The notes: generated by a model not told the origin, from the sequence alone. 64,000 nt of DNA from an uncultured Spirochaetota bacterium (GCA_963835575.1 CAWIGG010000004.1:384001-448000); one strand, 5' to 3'; numbered from the stretch's first letter, positions 8,612-18,795 are shown. Numbers and translations: made by a program.

Positions 8612-9364
8612 TTGAAAATGTTTCATAAACCAGCCGTTAACCAGACCGATTAAAGCGTCATAATACCCGATAAAGCTGTGCCCGGCGCCGTCTATTATTT
8701 CAAGCCTTGAGCCGGCCGGAAGCAGCCTTAACGCCTTTTCAGAATTAAGAGCGAGCAGCCTTTCTTCCTCATCGCCATCGCCATGAATCATCAAAACAGG
8801 GCAGGCAATATTTTTGAATAATTCCTTTTGATCGATGGCTTCAATATCTTGAAAAACCTGTTTATCAATGATGACTTTTTTTCTTTGTCCCTCTGTTTTA
8901 ATTTCCGTAATACAGCCATTCAATTCAAGCTCTCTCAGCTGATCTTCAGAGTAATACTCGCTTAAATTATACTTCATCGGGCCGGTCAGCGCACCCGATA
9001 CAGCTATGGCCGCGATTCCGGGTTTGAAGCATTTCAGGCAGATCAGGCCGCCCAGGCTGTGTCCGTACAGAGCTATTTTATCATAGCTCTTAGATTTTAT
9101 AAATTCGACGGCCGAATATAAATTGTCCGTTTCCTTATCGATTGTAATGCTGTCGTCACCGCTTTCGCCGCAGCCGCTGAAATCAAAAGTCAGGGCGCCG
9201 AAACCGGATTGATTAAAGACCTGTACCAGGGCCTGTGACCTTCCTCTGGATATTTGATCGGAAGCCAGTCCATGGCATAATATGATGACATTCCCGGAGT
9301 CAGAGGGATAGAGATTGCCGGCTAATAGCTTATTCCTGGAATTGGGAAAAAATACGCGTTCCAT
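8597..9364 (-). CDS. Alpha/beta hydrolase
   Basis: LCHGL, FDFSGCGES, GHSLGG, IHGDGD, GAGH. Confidence 0.92.
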   Translation of the reverse strand: MERVFFPNSRNKLLAGNLYPSDSGNVIILCHGLASDQISRGRSQALVQVFNQSGFGALTFDFSGCGESGDDSITIDKETDNLYSAVEFIKSKSYDKIALYGHSLGGLICLKCFKPGIAAIAVSGALTGPMKYNLSEYYSEDQLRELELNGCITEIKTEGQRKKVIIDKQVFQDIEAIDQKELFKNIACPVLMIHGDGDEEERLLALNSEKALRLLPAGSRLEIIDGAGHSFIGYYDALIGLVNGWFMKHFQSQRA

Positions 9365-9373
9365 AAAAAAACC

Positions 9374-9796
9374 TTAAACATTCCGCTTTTGAACAAACCA
9401 CTCAAACGCTGATATCAATGTCAGATTATTATTTGAATCGTAAATTTCTACATTCACTGTCAGTATCGAGCGGCCTTTGCCGGTCATGTCATTTCTGACT
9501 TTTGCTATTTCCTTTTCATCCATAAAGGCTTTTGAATAAATCTTTCCTTCGGCCGGCTTTTTATACTTCAATTCGGCTTTTCTCACTACAGGAATGATAT
9601 TATCGGTATATTCACTGAATGTCCTTAGAAGGAATTCGCCGCTCGAGGCTTCCGCCAGCGCGAATTGGGCGCTCGCATGGATTGTTCCGATATGATTCAG
9701 ATATTGACCGGACCGGTCCAATTCCAATAACCGGCCTTCCTCTTGAGAGTGTTTTATTCCAATAAAAGAATTAAATGGTATCAAGACAACATCCAT
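9374..9796 (-). CDS. Hotdog-fold thioesterase (DUF4442/YiiD-like)
   Basis: IPFNSFIG, NHIGTIHASAQFALAE, YKKPA. Start moved to the ATG after the GGGAG SD. Confidence 0.8.
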   Translation of the reverse strand: MDVVLIPFNSFIGIKHSQEEGRLLELDRSGQYLNHIGTIHASAQFALAEASSGEFLLRTFSEYTDNIIPVVRKAELKYKKPAEGKIYSKAFMDEKEIAKVRNDMTGKGRSILTVNVEIYDSNNNLTLISAFEWFVQKRNV

Positions 9797-9836
9797 TAAA
9801 AATCTCCCTGATTTTTTATTTTTCCGGACAGAATTC

Positions 9837-9872
9837 GAACAGTTCAAAAAACCACAGTTTTTACCACTGCAA
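9837..9872. repeat. Degenerate copy of the 36-bp palindromic element at 44293-44328
   Basis: gaacagttcaaaaaac-caca-gtttttaccactgcaa; 26 of 36 positions are identical without gaps. Confidence 0.5.
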
Positions 9873-10211
9873 TTGCGGCGCAGAATCATGCGGCTGATCT
9901 CATTAATTATTATTTTCTCTTTTTCTTTTCACTTTATTTCACCTCAGCGGTCTGCTTTTTTTATGATTGCCCTGTTTTTTAATAACCGGTTTTTCTTTTA
10001 TTTCTTCCTTTTTTATTTTTCTGTTTTATTATTCACCACATAATTTATAATGTCAAAGCTTTTTTTCCAAATAAAAGATAATGACACTGCGTTTAAATTT
10101 CAAGATATCGCCGGTTCAAAAACACCGGCTTTTATGGCTGCCCTTTCTATCCGAAATGCTGGTTTAAAGTCTGCATAAATACAACTTAAACCGGCCTTGA
10201 GCCTGTTTTCC

Positions 10212-10240
10212 TTGACTTTCAAGGGATTCTTTCTTATGAT
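10212..10240 (+). promoter_or_regulatory. Sigma70 promoter, probably the original lptE-holA promoter, now separated from it by an IS
   Basis: TTGACT-17 nt-TATGAT, 16 nt before the IS left end. Confidence 0.6.
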
Positions 10241-10256
10241 TTTATGAATTATATAT

Positions 10257-12022
10257 GGCCCTACTGCAAAAACAATCCTACCGATTCATGTACAAAAGTT
10301 GCATAACTCGTTATAATATATGCACATGAATCAGAGAGAGGTCAAAATGTTCAAGCTGAATCAGAGACATATAGAACAGGATTTATATCCGGTAAGATAT
10401 GAAATGAACCAGGAAATGAGAGAAAGTTTAAATGAAAGCTGGGCCGGGCTTTTTTACCAGAAAGTTTTCTCAAAAATAAATGAGCGGAAGTTTGCTCCAC
10501 TATATGACCCAAAACTTGGTAGGAGTAATTTCCCGGTCAACATATTAGCCGGGCTGGAAATCATGAAAGAGCTATTCTCTCTGACCGATGAACAGTTGTT
10601 TGAGCGGTATCGATATGATTTATCGTTTCGATACGCGCTGGGATTGGAAGACATCAACGCGCAGCAGATGTCGATCAGGACGTTATACTATTTTCGTGCC
10701 GCTGTGGCGGAGAATCAGGACGGGCTTTTTGACGTTATATTTGATGAGTTTCGGGATCTTTTAATTGGAGAGGTCGGGATCAAAACCGGACTGCAGAGGA
10801 CAGATTCTGTAATGATTGGGGCCAATATCAAGCGGCTGAATCGGGTTATGCTGTTTCATAAAGTGTTGTCCAATATGGCGGAAGATGTTTCCAATGCTGG
10901 ATTTTCCTTAAGTGAAAGATGTAAGGATTTTCTAAAACAAAATGAGGACGGATTCAGTTATCGACTGAAAAAGGAGAATTACGAATCGAAAACGGTGGAA
11001 ATTGGCGAGGAAATATTCGGGCTGATTACAGAGAACGTGTTTCACAATAAAGTCAGGAAACAAAAGAGTTTCCGGCAGGCAATGAGACTTTTGCGGGAAC
11101 AATGCCGGATAGAAAAAGAAGGCAAGGTGACGCTGAAGCTGCCGCGGGAAATCAAAGCCTCATCGATGCAGTCGCCGGTGGACGAAGACGCGACCTACCG
11201 GGAGAAGCGGGGAAAACAGTATGTCGGGTATAAGGTGAACGCGGTTGAAACCTGTGACCCTCAAAATCCGATGCAGGTGATTACCAGCATAGAAACCGCA
11301 TCAAATAATGCTGACGATGGGGATTTATTCCGCAGGCAACTATCTAATTTAAAAAAGGAAACGAATATTGAAACAGCGATAAGCGATGGCGGTTATAATT
11401 CTGAAGACCTTCGGAATGAGAGCGGCGAAGACGTTCAACTGGTAATGAGCGCGATACGCGGCGTCGATCTGGAAGGGATAAAAAACAAAGCGAAACTTTC
11501 TGAGTATACAGACCCAAAAACCGGCAAATATGGGATGTGTCCGGCGGGAGAAATCCCGAATAGCATTATTGAAAATGAAGATGGTTCCGTGGTATTGAAT
11601 TTTGATGTAAAAAAATGTGCCGCCTGCGATAAGAAAGAAAATTGTCTGGCCTGTGTCGGCAAGAAGCAAAGTCGGCTGGTAATAGACGCCAAAAGGGAAT
11701 GGATGGATGAATTTTTGGAATTGATATGTATGGATGCAGGAAAATTTCTGATGGGACTACGCCCTGCCGTAGAAGGATTGATGAGTTTATTGAAACCAAA
11801 GTATTTGAGCGGCAGGATTTTGTTCCGTGGTCTGGTAAAAGTCAAAACCCGCATGCTTTTAAGGGGAATCGGGATTAATTTCAAGAGATATCGGGGCTAT
11901 TTGGCTGATAAATCGAAGGCTGCCGCCGACATGGCCTTTGATTTCTTAATCTTTTTCCTTGTGCGGTTGAAAATTTGCCGGAATATCCCCTATGCTTGTG
12001 TTTGAATTTTTTCAGCAGGGCC
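10257..12022 (+). mobile_element. IS1182-like insertion sequence (1766 bp)
   Basis: Terminal inverted repeats GGCCCTACTGCAAAA / TTTTTCAGCAGGGCC (13 of 15 match) flank one large transposase. Confidence 0.85.
10347..12005 (+). CDS. DDE transposase (IS1182/IS5-like, DUF772-type N-terminus)
   Basis: GRSNFPV...LTDEQL...FRYALGL; RTDSVMI; SPVDEDATYREK...GYK; SDGGY; Cys cluster; RPAVEG. Confidence 0.9.
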   Translation: MFKLNQRHIEQDLYPVRYEMNQEMRESLNESWAGLFYQKVFSKINERKFAPLYDPKLGRSNFPVNILAGLEIMKELFSLTDEQLFERYRYDLSFRYALGLEDINAQQMSIRTLYYFRAAVAENQDGLFDVIFDEFRDLLIGEVGIKTGLQRTDSVMIGANIKRLNRVMLFHKVLSNMAEDVSNAGFSLSERCKDFLKQNEDGFSYRLKKENYESKTVEIGEEIFGLITENVFHNKVRKQKSFRQAMRLLREQCRIEKEGKVTLKLPREIKASSMQSPVDEDATYREKRGKQYVGYKVNAVETCDPQNPMQVITSIETASNNADDGDLFRRQLSNLKKETNIETAISDGGYNSEDLRNESGEDVQLVMSAIRGVDLEGIKNKAKLSEYTDPKTGKYGMCPAGEIPNSIIENEDGSVVLNFDVKKCAACDKKENCLACVGKKQSRLVIDAKREWMDEFLELICMDAGKFLMGLRPAVEGLMSLLKPKYLSGRILFRGLVKVKTRMLLRGIGINFKRYRGYLADKSKAAADMAFDFLIFFLVRLKICRNIPYACV

Positions 12023-12639
12023 ATTTATTAAAATATCTGCCTTTATTTTTTCTTCTCTTAATGTCCTGCACAACTTCTGCGAAAAATTCAAATGAGCGGA
12101 CTATATACAAAAATGAAGAATTCGGAATTGTGGGAAAAAACGCAGGGCTTCCGGATGATATAAGGAAAATCTATATCTCTTATTTTACGGATTTTATTTC
12201 CAATGACCAGGTTATTACAGAATTTGATAAAAAACTCAGGTTTTATATTGAGCAGAATAACAAAGAAGTTGTAAAAAAGATCAAATTCAGCCAGGCGGTT
12301 ATACTGGGAAGCATAGACTCTTTCAAAATATCTCCCGGCGGAAAGATTACAAACATTGATTCCCTGTATTATTTACTGATCCTTCATTATTCGGTCTTAA
12401 ACAATGAGAGAAAATATTATCAGAAAGATAGAATGATAAGGGAAGAAATACTGGTGATGGATACAAATAAATATCTATACAGGGATGCTCTATCGGCGCT
12501 TGTCGATAATGCGGCCAAACATACGGCGGAAGCAGTCCTTTTCGGCTGGCAGCTTGAATATTCACGGACTGAAAAAACCATCTATACTTTGGGAGAAAAT
12601 CAATATGAAACCAATAATAGCACTAACCGGTCCAGGTGA
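11992..12639 (+). CDS. LptE-like lipoprotein, 5' end altered by the IS
   Basis: Lipobox LLLMSC. IRKIYISYFTD...SQAVILGSID pattern. Lies directly upstream of and overlaps holA, matching the known lptE-holA synteny. Confidence 0.6.
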   Translation: MLVFEFFQQGHLLKYLPLFFLLLMSCTTSAKNSNERTIYKNEEFGIVGKNAGLPDDIRKIYISYFTDFISNDQVITEFDKKLRFYIEQNNKEVVKKIKFSQAVILGSIDSFKISPGGKITNIDSLYYLLILHYSVLNNERKYYQKDRMIREEILVMDTNKYLYRDALSALVDNAAKHTAEAVLFGWQLEYSRTEKTIYTLGENQYETNNSTNRSR

Positions 12640-13531
12640 GATAACTAAAAAGGAAGAACTCAATAATATTTTAAAAGATATCAATAAAAAAGATATTTCT
12701 ATCTACTATGCCGATGAAACAGAATTTGGTTTTATATTTTCAGAATGCCTGCAGAATTCCCTTTTCAGTACCCGGAATGTCATAGTGGTAAAAAATATAG
12801 ACGCTTTAAAGGATAGTGAAAAGAAAAAAATGGAAGATGCTTTAGTAAATTATATGGATTCAATTAATCCCAATACAATTTTAATCCTTGTATCGGAAGA
12901 ATTTTCGCAGAGGGTTGCAAAAAAGATACAGGAAACAGGTGAATTAATTGAATGTAAAAAGATGTACAAAAATGACCTTCTGAGGCATATTAATATTCAG
13001 TTCAAAGAAAAAGGCATAAAATATGAACAGGAACTTCCTGATTTTATATTATATTTAAGTAATGATGATGAATGGGAATCCGAGAATATGCTCCAGAGTT
13101 TACTGGCTTTTGCAGAGAAGGGAAAGGTCATCAGCATTGAAGAAGCAAAAGCGCTTTTATTCCGTTCGGGTAATTTAACTATCTTTGATTTGATTGACGG
13201 GATTTTTGAAAAAAATATGAAAAAAGCGATTTTAGCCCTTTCTGATTTGAAGAAAGGGGATGAACCGGTAACCCATATTATTTATATGATAATGAGAAGC
13301 GCAAAACTATTATGGTCGTATCTTTCTTTAAAAGAAAAAAATGATACTGCAGATCAGATGCGCATAAAACCTTATGAGTTAAAACGAATCAGGGAGTATG
13401 CAAGGACATCAGATTTAAAATTTCTCAGCAGAATTTTTGAATTTTTAAGCAGTCTTGAAATAAAGGCCAAGTCAATGCAAAGCGATTTTTCATATCTGGA
13501 GATTGAAAATCTCACCTATACTTTAAATTAA
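12605..13531 (+). CDS. holA: DNA polymerase III delta subunit
   Basis: SLFSTRNVIVVKN, TIFDLIDGI, C-terminal IKAKS. 308 aa from the ATG at 12605. Confidence 0.8.
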   Translation: MKPIIALTGPGEITKKEELNNILKDINKKDISIYYADETEFGFIFSECLQNSLFSTRNVIVVKNIDALKDSEKKKMEDALVNYMDSINPNTILILVSEEFSQRVAKKIQETGELIECKKMYKNDLLRHINIQFKEKGIKYEQELPDFILYLSNDDEWESENMLQSLLAFAEKGKVISIEEAKALLFRSGNLTIFDLIDGIFEKNMKKAILALSDLKKGDEPVTHIIYMIMRSAKLLWSYLSLKEKNDTADQMRIKPYELKRIREYARTSDLKFLSRIFEFLSSLEIKAKSMQSDFSYLEIENLTYTLN

Positions 13532-13562
13532 GAAAGTCTTTTTAAATCAGTCATAAAAGATC

Positions 13563-13596
13563 GATGGACGGACTCCTTTGCGGAAATCCGTCCATC
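13563..13596. terminator. Hairpin between convergent holA and tRNA-Lys
   Basis: 10-bp stem GATGGACGGA / TCCGTCCATC. Confidence 0.55.
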
Positions 13597-13692
13597 AGCG
13601 GAGGTGCGATAATCTTTTAAGATTACGTATAAAAACCATGGTTTTTTAGTATTAAAATGTCAAGAATTTTATTTTTTAAGATATAAAGGATT

Positions 13693-13765
13693 TGAGCCGC
13701 CTGGGGATCGAACCCAGGGCCCTCACATTAAAAGTGTGATGCTCTACCAACTGAGCTAGCGGCCC
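13693..13765 (-). tRNA. tRNA-Lys(UUU)
   Basis: GGGCCGCTAGCTCAGTTGGTAGAGCA-TCACA-CTTTTAA-TGTGA-GGGCC-CTGGGTTCGATCCCCAG-GCGGCTCA cloverleaf. CCA is not encoded. Confidence 0.97.
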
Positions 13766-13797
13766 AAACTATTCTTTATAATTTACGAAGGGTGAAT

Positions 13798-13826
13798 ATT
13801 ATAACAAATTCTCTTTGTACCGTCAA
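13798..13826 (-). promoter_or_regulatory. Sigma70 promoter for tRNA-Lys
   Basis: TTGACG-17 nt-TATAAT with TG extension. The -35 overlaps the secF stop codon. Confidence 0.75.
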
Positions 13827-14830
13827 GATTTTACAGCGCTGCGCTGGCTTGCTTTAGACCCTTTTAGATTTTTATCAAAAGTCTGCCTGAGCATGAATGT
13901 TATTGGTGCGGCTATGAAAATAGAGGAATATGTTCCATCTATGATTCCAATCAGCAGAAGCAGTGCGAAATTCTTCAGTACTATTCCGCCCCAGATAAAT
14001 ACTGCTAGAACTACTAAGAATACAGTTAATGATGTAATAATAGTCCTGCTGAGGGTTTGTGTAATACTTCTGTCCATAATATTCTCATAATCGCCGTCTT
14101 TATTTAAGCCATGCAGTTCCCTGATTCTGTCAAAAACCACTATAGTATCATTAACAGAATAACCTAAAATTGTGAGTAGTGCCGCTATAATTGTAATATC
14201 AATCGGGATGTTCAAAAACAGGGTAAAAGAAAGCATGACCAGGACGTCATGAAAGAGAGCACCGACAGCCCCGGCGCCATAGAAGAAGTCAAATCGAAAG
14301 ATGATGTATAAGAGGATCAAACCAGCGGTGATGAGTATGAGGTAAAAAGATTTAAGACCGAAATCAAGCCCTATCCTTGCATCAACCTTTTCTGAGCCTT
14401 TTACTGTAACATTATCTGTTCCAAAATTTTTACCAAGAAAACCGGTGATCATTTCTACTTCATTGGATGAACTTGCATTGACAATAAGCGGTAATGTAAT
14501 CATGAAATGTTTTTCGGAAGGATTCCCAACAGTATTGATATCAGCTTCCAGTTTTTGGTCTGTAAATACTTTTCTGACATCATTTATTGTTAAATCACTT
14601 TTATTGATCTGGACTTCAACTTTAATACCGCCTTTGAAATCGATACCGAGGGAAAAGCCTCCTCTCATAACATAAAGGACGATACCGACAATAATTATAA
14701 CTAATGATAAGCTGAATGAAAACCATCTCATGGTAATAAACGGAATGACTGTAGTAATATTTATACCGAATATTCTCGTTTGATGATCATCTTTTACCGA
14801 AAGTGCAGTATCTTTATTTTGAGTGTTCAT
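13823..14830 (-). CDS. secF: Protein translocase subunit SecF
   Basis: LGIDFKGG, ALFHDV, LTILGYSVNDTIVVFDRIRE, TLSRTIITS. Confidence 0.97.
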   Translation of the reverse strand: MNTQNKDTALSVKDDHQTRIFGINITTVIPFITMRWFSFSLSLVIIIVGIVLYVMRGGFSLGIDFKGGIKVEVQINKSDLTINDVRKVFTDQKLEADINTVGNPSEKHFMITLPLIVNASSSNEVEMITGFLGKNFGTDNVTVKGSEKVDARIGLDFGLKSFYLILITAGLILLYIIFRFDFFYGAGAVGALFHDVLVMLSFTLFLNIPIDITIIAALLTILGYSVNDTIVVFDRIRELHGLNKDGDYENIMDRSITQTLSRTIITSLTVFLVVLAVFIWGGIVLKNFALLLLIGIIDGTYSSIFIAAPITFMLRQTFDKNLKGSKASQRSAVKS

Positions 14831-14841
14831 CTTTATACTCC

Positions 14842-16383
14842 TCAGACGCTGATTTTTTCCATCTTAAATGTATCTAATACCCAGTCAAATACAAGACGGG
14901 TTATAAAAAGAGCCGCATAGACATTGCTGAGAATTCCGAATGTAAATGTGATTCCGAAACCTTTTATGGATCCGGTACCGAAAATATAAAGCGCTAATCC
15001 GGCCATTAGTGTGGTAAAATTGGAATCCCAGATGGTTGCGCTGGCGTGATGGAAACCATTTTCCAGGGCATGCCTGTAATTTCGCGAACAACGCAGTTCC
15101 TCTCTAATACGCTCGTAGATGATGACATTCGCATCAACAGCGATGCCGACAGTAATTGCAAAGCCGACGATTCCGGACAACGTCAGGGTTGCTCTCATTC
15201 CGGCCAAAAGCGCGACAACAAACAGCAAATGAAAAGAGAGCGCTACAATGGAGATGACTCCCGATCCTTTGTAATATAGGATAATGAAAAGCACTACAAT
15301 TGCGGCGCCGATTATAGCGGCTAAAGAACTTTCTTTTATCGAATCATCACCCAGGCTGGACCCGATTACCCTTTCCTGAACGATATCCATTTTTACAGGG
15401 AGTGAACCGGCTTTTAATACATTGGCCAGAAAAACAGCTTCTTCTGTTGTAAAGTCGCCGGTAATTTGTCCGCTTCCGCCCGATATTTCACTCTGTATTG
15501 TCGGGGCGCTTTTTACTTTTTCATCCAGTACTATAGCGAGCCTGTTTTGAATATTTTGACCGGTCACTTCGCCGAATATATCAGCGCCTTCCGGTGAAAG
15601 CTCAAATGATACAAGGTTTCTTCCATACTGATCATGATCTGCGCGGGCATTTTTTATCATTGTCCCGTCTAATTCCACTTTTTTAAATAATACATACCAG
15701 CCTTTCAGTTTTGGAATACCGAATTCATCATTTTCCCAATAAGAATACCAGTCTGATTCTGGGGGTAATTGAAAATTAACCGGTACATCCTGACGGGAAT
15801 TAAGATATCCCTTACTTGAAAAAGGAACATTAAGTGCCTGCAGCTGCTTCATTGTCTTTTCATCAACAATCCTGAATTCAAGCCTTCCAACTTTACTTAA
15901 AGCTTCTCTTATCAGCTGGGGATTGCTTAAGCCCGGAAGCTCAATGGATATCCTTCCTTCAAATGTTTTCCGGATCAGAGGTTCGGCCACGCCGAACTGG
16001 TCCATTCTATTTTTCAGGACTTCAAGCGCCCGTTCAGCCGCATTCGCGTATTCTGCTTTATAGTCTGCTTCAACTTTGCCTTTATCAAAATCATTTTTCT
16101 CAAGCAGTTGATTTGTCAGGTTTTCATCATTGATCTGAAGGATAAGACTGACGCCGCCCTGAAGGTCCAGTCCAAGGTTCAGAGCGCCTTTCCTGATATT
16201 TTTTATCTGTATCACCCTTTTTCTTATTTCAACACTCTGAGTATCAAGCTGGTCCTGTGTTAATTTAAGAAGATCTTTATCTTTTTGCGGGAGAAAAAAA
16301 TACCATTGAACTGAAGGCGTCAATAACCATATTGATATACCAACTGTAATGAGCAGAATTATGAATCGCGTTAATTTATTCAT
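14842..16383 (-). CDS. secD: Protein translocase subunit SecD
   Basis: LGLDLQGG, RMDQFGVAEP, AIVLD, AGSLP, AVDANVIIYERIREE. Confidence 0.97.
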   Translation of the reverse strand: MNKLTRFIILLITVGISIWLLTPSVQWYFFLPQKDKDLLKLTQDQLDTQSVEIRKRVIQIKNIRKGALNLGLDLQGGVSLILQINDENLTNQLLEKNDFDKGKVEADYKAEYANAAERALEVLKNRMDQFGVAEPLIRKTFEGRISIELPGLSNPQLIREALSKVGRLEFRIVDEKTMKQLQALNVPFSSKGYLNSRQDVPVNFQLPPESDWYSYWENDEFGIPKLKGWYVLFKKVELDGTMIKNARADHDQYGRNLVSFELSPEGADIFGEVTGQNIQNRLAIVLDEKVKSAPTIQSEISGGSGQITGDFTTEEAVFLANVLKAGSLPVKMDIVQERVIGSSLGDDSIKESSLAAIIGAAIVVLFIILYYKGSGVISIVALSFHLLFVVALLAGMRATLTLSGIVGFAITVGIAVDANVIIYERIREELRCSRNYRHALENGFHHASATIWDSNFTTLMAGLALYIFGTGSIKGFGITFTFGILSNVYAALFITRLVFDWVLDTFKMEKISV

Positions 16384-16416
16384 GAACAAACCTCCAATAG
16401 AAACAGATCGGGAAAT

Positions 16417-16737
16417 TTATTGATTTTTAATGATCGCCGCGATCGATTCTTTGGCGATCTCCAGTTTCGAGTCCAAGCTTTTGATATAGACCGTTTTTTC
16501 GGAAATAAAATCAATTGTGCCGTAGATCCCGCTGTTTGTCAGTATTTTATCCCCCATTTTCATCTGGCTGATCTGCTGTTTCAATTTTTTTACCCTGTTT
16601 CTTTCCGGCAGGAATAAAACGAGATATATGATAACAAACATTCCTATGATCACAACAATCTGACCAACTCCGGAGCCGAGAAGCTGTCCCGGGTTCGGAA
16701 CTGGCGCTGTCTGCGCGAATAATCCTAAATTTAACAT
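16417..16737 (-). CDS. yajC: Preprotein translocase subunit YajC
   Basis: One TM helix then GDKILTNSGIYG, directly upstream of secD. Confidence 0.92.
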   Translation of the reverse strand: MLNLGLFAQTAPVPNPGQLLGSGVGQIVVIIGMFVIIYLVLFLPERNRVKKLKQQISQMKMGDKILTNSGIYGTIDFISEKTVYIKSLDSKLEIAKESIAAIIKNQ

Positions 16738-16785
16738 TGTATCCTCCCCTTTTGCAGTACCCTGCATAAATTAAAATTAGGAAAT

Positions 16786-16814
16786 ATTATAGATGAAAAA
16801 TTAAAAACCGTCAA
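16786..16814 (-). promoter_or_regulatory. Sigma70 promoter for yajC-secD-secF
   Basis: TTGACG-17 nt-TATAAT on the minus strand. Confidence 0.8.
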
Positions 16815-16999
16815 TTGAATGAATAGATTTAATAAGCGCAGAAAAGAGAAATCCTTTACCTGAATGCATAATTTTTCATTAAACAAATCGATTTATTTTA
16901 ATATTATAATCATTATTTATCAGTTTTTATTAATTAAACAGCATAAAAAATTAATAATATAATGTGAATAAATCGTTTAATTTATGTGATGACAAACAT

Positions 17000-17028
17000 T
17001 TGATATTTTGAGCAAAAATGTTTATAAT
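17000..17028 (+). promoter_or_regulatory. Sigma70 promoter for yidC-mnmE-mtgA
   Basis: TTGATA-17 nt-TATAAT. Confidence 0.75.
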
Positions 17029-17060
17029 TAAGCCGTTAATTTATAGAGCGGGGTACACAT

Positions 17061-18773
17061 ATGAATACCGGTAACGAAAAGAGAATGATGGTTATTTTTC
17101 TTCTTTCTCTGACGCTTATGATAGTTTCTCTTTATTTTATGCCGAAGAACAATCAGCTTCCAAATACAACTCAGGTTGTTGAGACAAATCAGGTTGTGAC
17201 AAATCAAGCGAAAGTTCAAAAGACTGAATTGACTAATTGGGGCTTTAATTGGGAAAAGGGAGGCAGGGCAACTAATTTTTTAATTTCATATAACAATGAA
17301 ATAAAAGCAAAAATCGATACATCAGGCGGCAGGCTTTCAGAACTTTCCATTAACGGAAGCTGGAACAGGAAAAAGCAGGATGTCGCGCTGGTCAATACAA
17401 ATCTAACCTTTAAATTGGGGGATTTTGCATTCGGCAGTCTTGAAAATATAACAAATTATCCGGAAAGACCGGTTTTTAAGGTTATTGAACAAACAAGTAA
17501 TTCGATAAAATTAACGGCATCGCTCCGGTATAAAAACAATTCAATTGAGGTAACCAAATCTTTTACAGTCAGCAATAATTATCAAATCTTTGAGGAAATA
17601 CAATTTCGCAATTTATCCCGGAATAAATTATCCTTAAACTTTAACGGGGTTTCTGTGTCATTGCCGGATAGCGCCGCTTTTGTCAGCAGAGAATTGGCAA
17701 ATCCCGGCAATCCGTTAAAGGAGCAGTATTTTGACGGAAACAAATTGCAGAATGTCTTTTCGATGGGATTTCTGGGATTTTTCGGAGGAACAAAAACAAA
17801 CATCCTCTCAGTTTCGAATTCGCAATGGATATGTTTATACGATAATTATTTTGTATCGATTATGAAACCGGAGGCAGGATATTTACCAAAAGATTATACT
17901 GCAAAATACATTATTTTAAAACAGGAAAAAGTTTATAAAGAGGACGCTTTCGGTATTGAACTGCCGCCGCTTGTTCTTGAAGCAAATGAACTGAAAGCGT
18001 TCAGGGTTTCTTATTATATAGGGCCGAAGAAAGAAGATATAATGGTCAAAGTTGATAAAACTTATGACAGGTTCTTTACCTGGCCGGCGATATTCAACTG
18101 GTTTATGAAACCGATTGAGTGGGTACTCGTTAAATTGATGTATGTCATATCCCTGGTTGTACCTAATTGGGGGCTCATTATCATTCTTCTGGCTGTCATA
18201 ATCAAACTGGCGCTTTCGCCCCTTTCCATTCAGGCGGCAAAATCGATTAAAAAGTCCAATCTTCTGCAGCCCAAGCTGAAGGCCCTTCAGGAAAAGTTTA
18301 AAGATGACCAGCAGACCCTTAATCAGAAGGTAGCCGAGCTGTATAAAAAAGAAAAAGTGAATCCCCTCGGCGGATGCCTGCCGATGCTTTTCCAGATCCC
18401 GGTATTTTTTGCGCTGCTCCGGGTTCTTTCAAACTCTGTTGAACTGAAAGGAGCAAGCTTTCTCTGGATTTCAGACCTGACGCAGCCGGACACCTTATTC
18501 AAGATGAGTATTCCTTTCCTTCCCAATACTTTTAATCTACTGCCTATCATCATGACGGTGTTTCAGATTATACAGATGCGTCTTCAAGCAATGAAAACAG
18601 TGGGGACACAGCAGCAGCAGAGCGCGCTGAATACTTACCTGCTTCCGGTTGTCTTTTTATTCCTGTTCTGGTCGATGCCTTCCGGCCTGGTGCTTTACTG
18701 GACTATCCAGAATATTTACATCATTATTGAGCAGGAGATTATCAATCTGGATAGGCATATTCAGCTGAAATAA
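17061..18773 (+). CDS. yidC: Membrane protein insertase YidC
   Basis: YIGPK, NWGLIII, LQPKLKALQEK, NPLGGCLP, WISDLTQPD, PSGLVLYW. Confidence 0.97.
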   Translation: MNTGNEKRMMVIFLLSLTLMIVSLYFMPKNNQLPNTTQVVETNQVVTNQAKVQKTELTNWGFNWEKGGRATNFLISYNNEIKAKIDTSGGRLSELSINGSWNRKKQDVALVNTNLTFKLGDFAFGSLENITNYPERPVFKVIEQTSNSIKLTASLRYKNNSIEVTKSFTVSNNYQIFEEIQFRNLSRNKLSLNFNGVSVSLPDSAAFVSRELANPGNPLKEQYFDGNKLQNVFSMGFLGFFGGTKTNILSVSNSQWICLYDNYFVSIMKPEAGYLPKDYTAKYIILKQEKVYKEDAFGIELPPLVLEANELKAFRVSYYIGPKKEDIMVKVDKTYDRFFTWPAIFNWFMKPIEWVLVKLMYVISLVVPNWGLIIILLAVIIKLALSPLSIQAAKSIKKSNLLQPKLKALQEKFKDDQQTLNQKVAELYKKEKVNPLGGCLPMLFQIPVFFALLRVLSNSVELKGASFLWISDLTQPDTLFKMSIPFLPNTFNLLPIIMTVFQIIQMRLQAMKTVGTQQQQSALNTYLLPVVFLFLFWSMPSGLVLYWTIQNIYIIIEQEIINLDRHIQLK

Positions 18774-18795
18774 CTTAATGCGGGATTAAATATTA

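Noticed and set aside
12485..12604. N-terminal extension of HolA in the ORF track
   Set aside because: It lies wholly inside the upstream lipoprotein gene; the ATG at 12605 gives a normal-length protein.
16963..16971. DnaA box (TGTGAATAA) in the AT-rich region near yidC-mnmE, suggesting oriC
   Set aside because: Only one box is visible, there is no dnaA/dnaN, and the region is explained by two divergent promoters.
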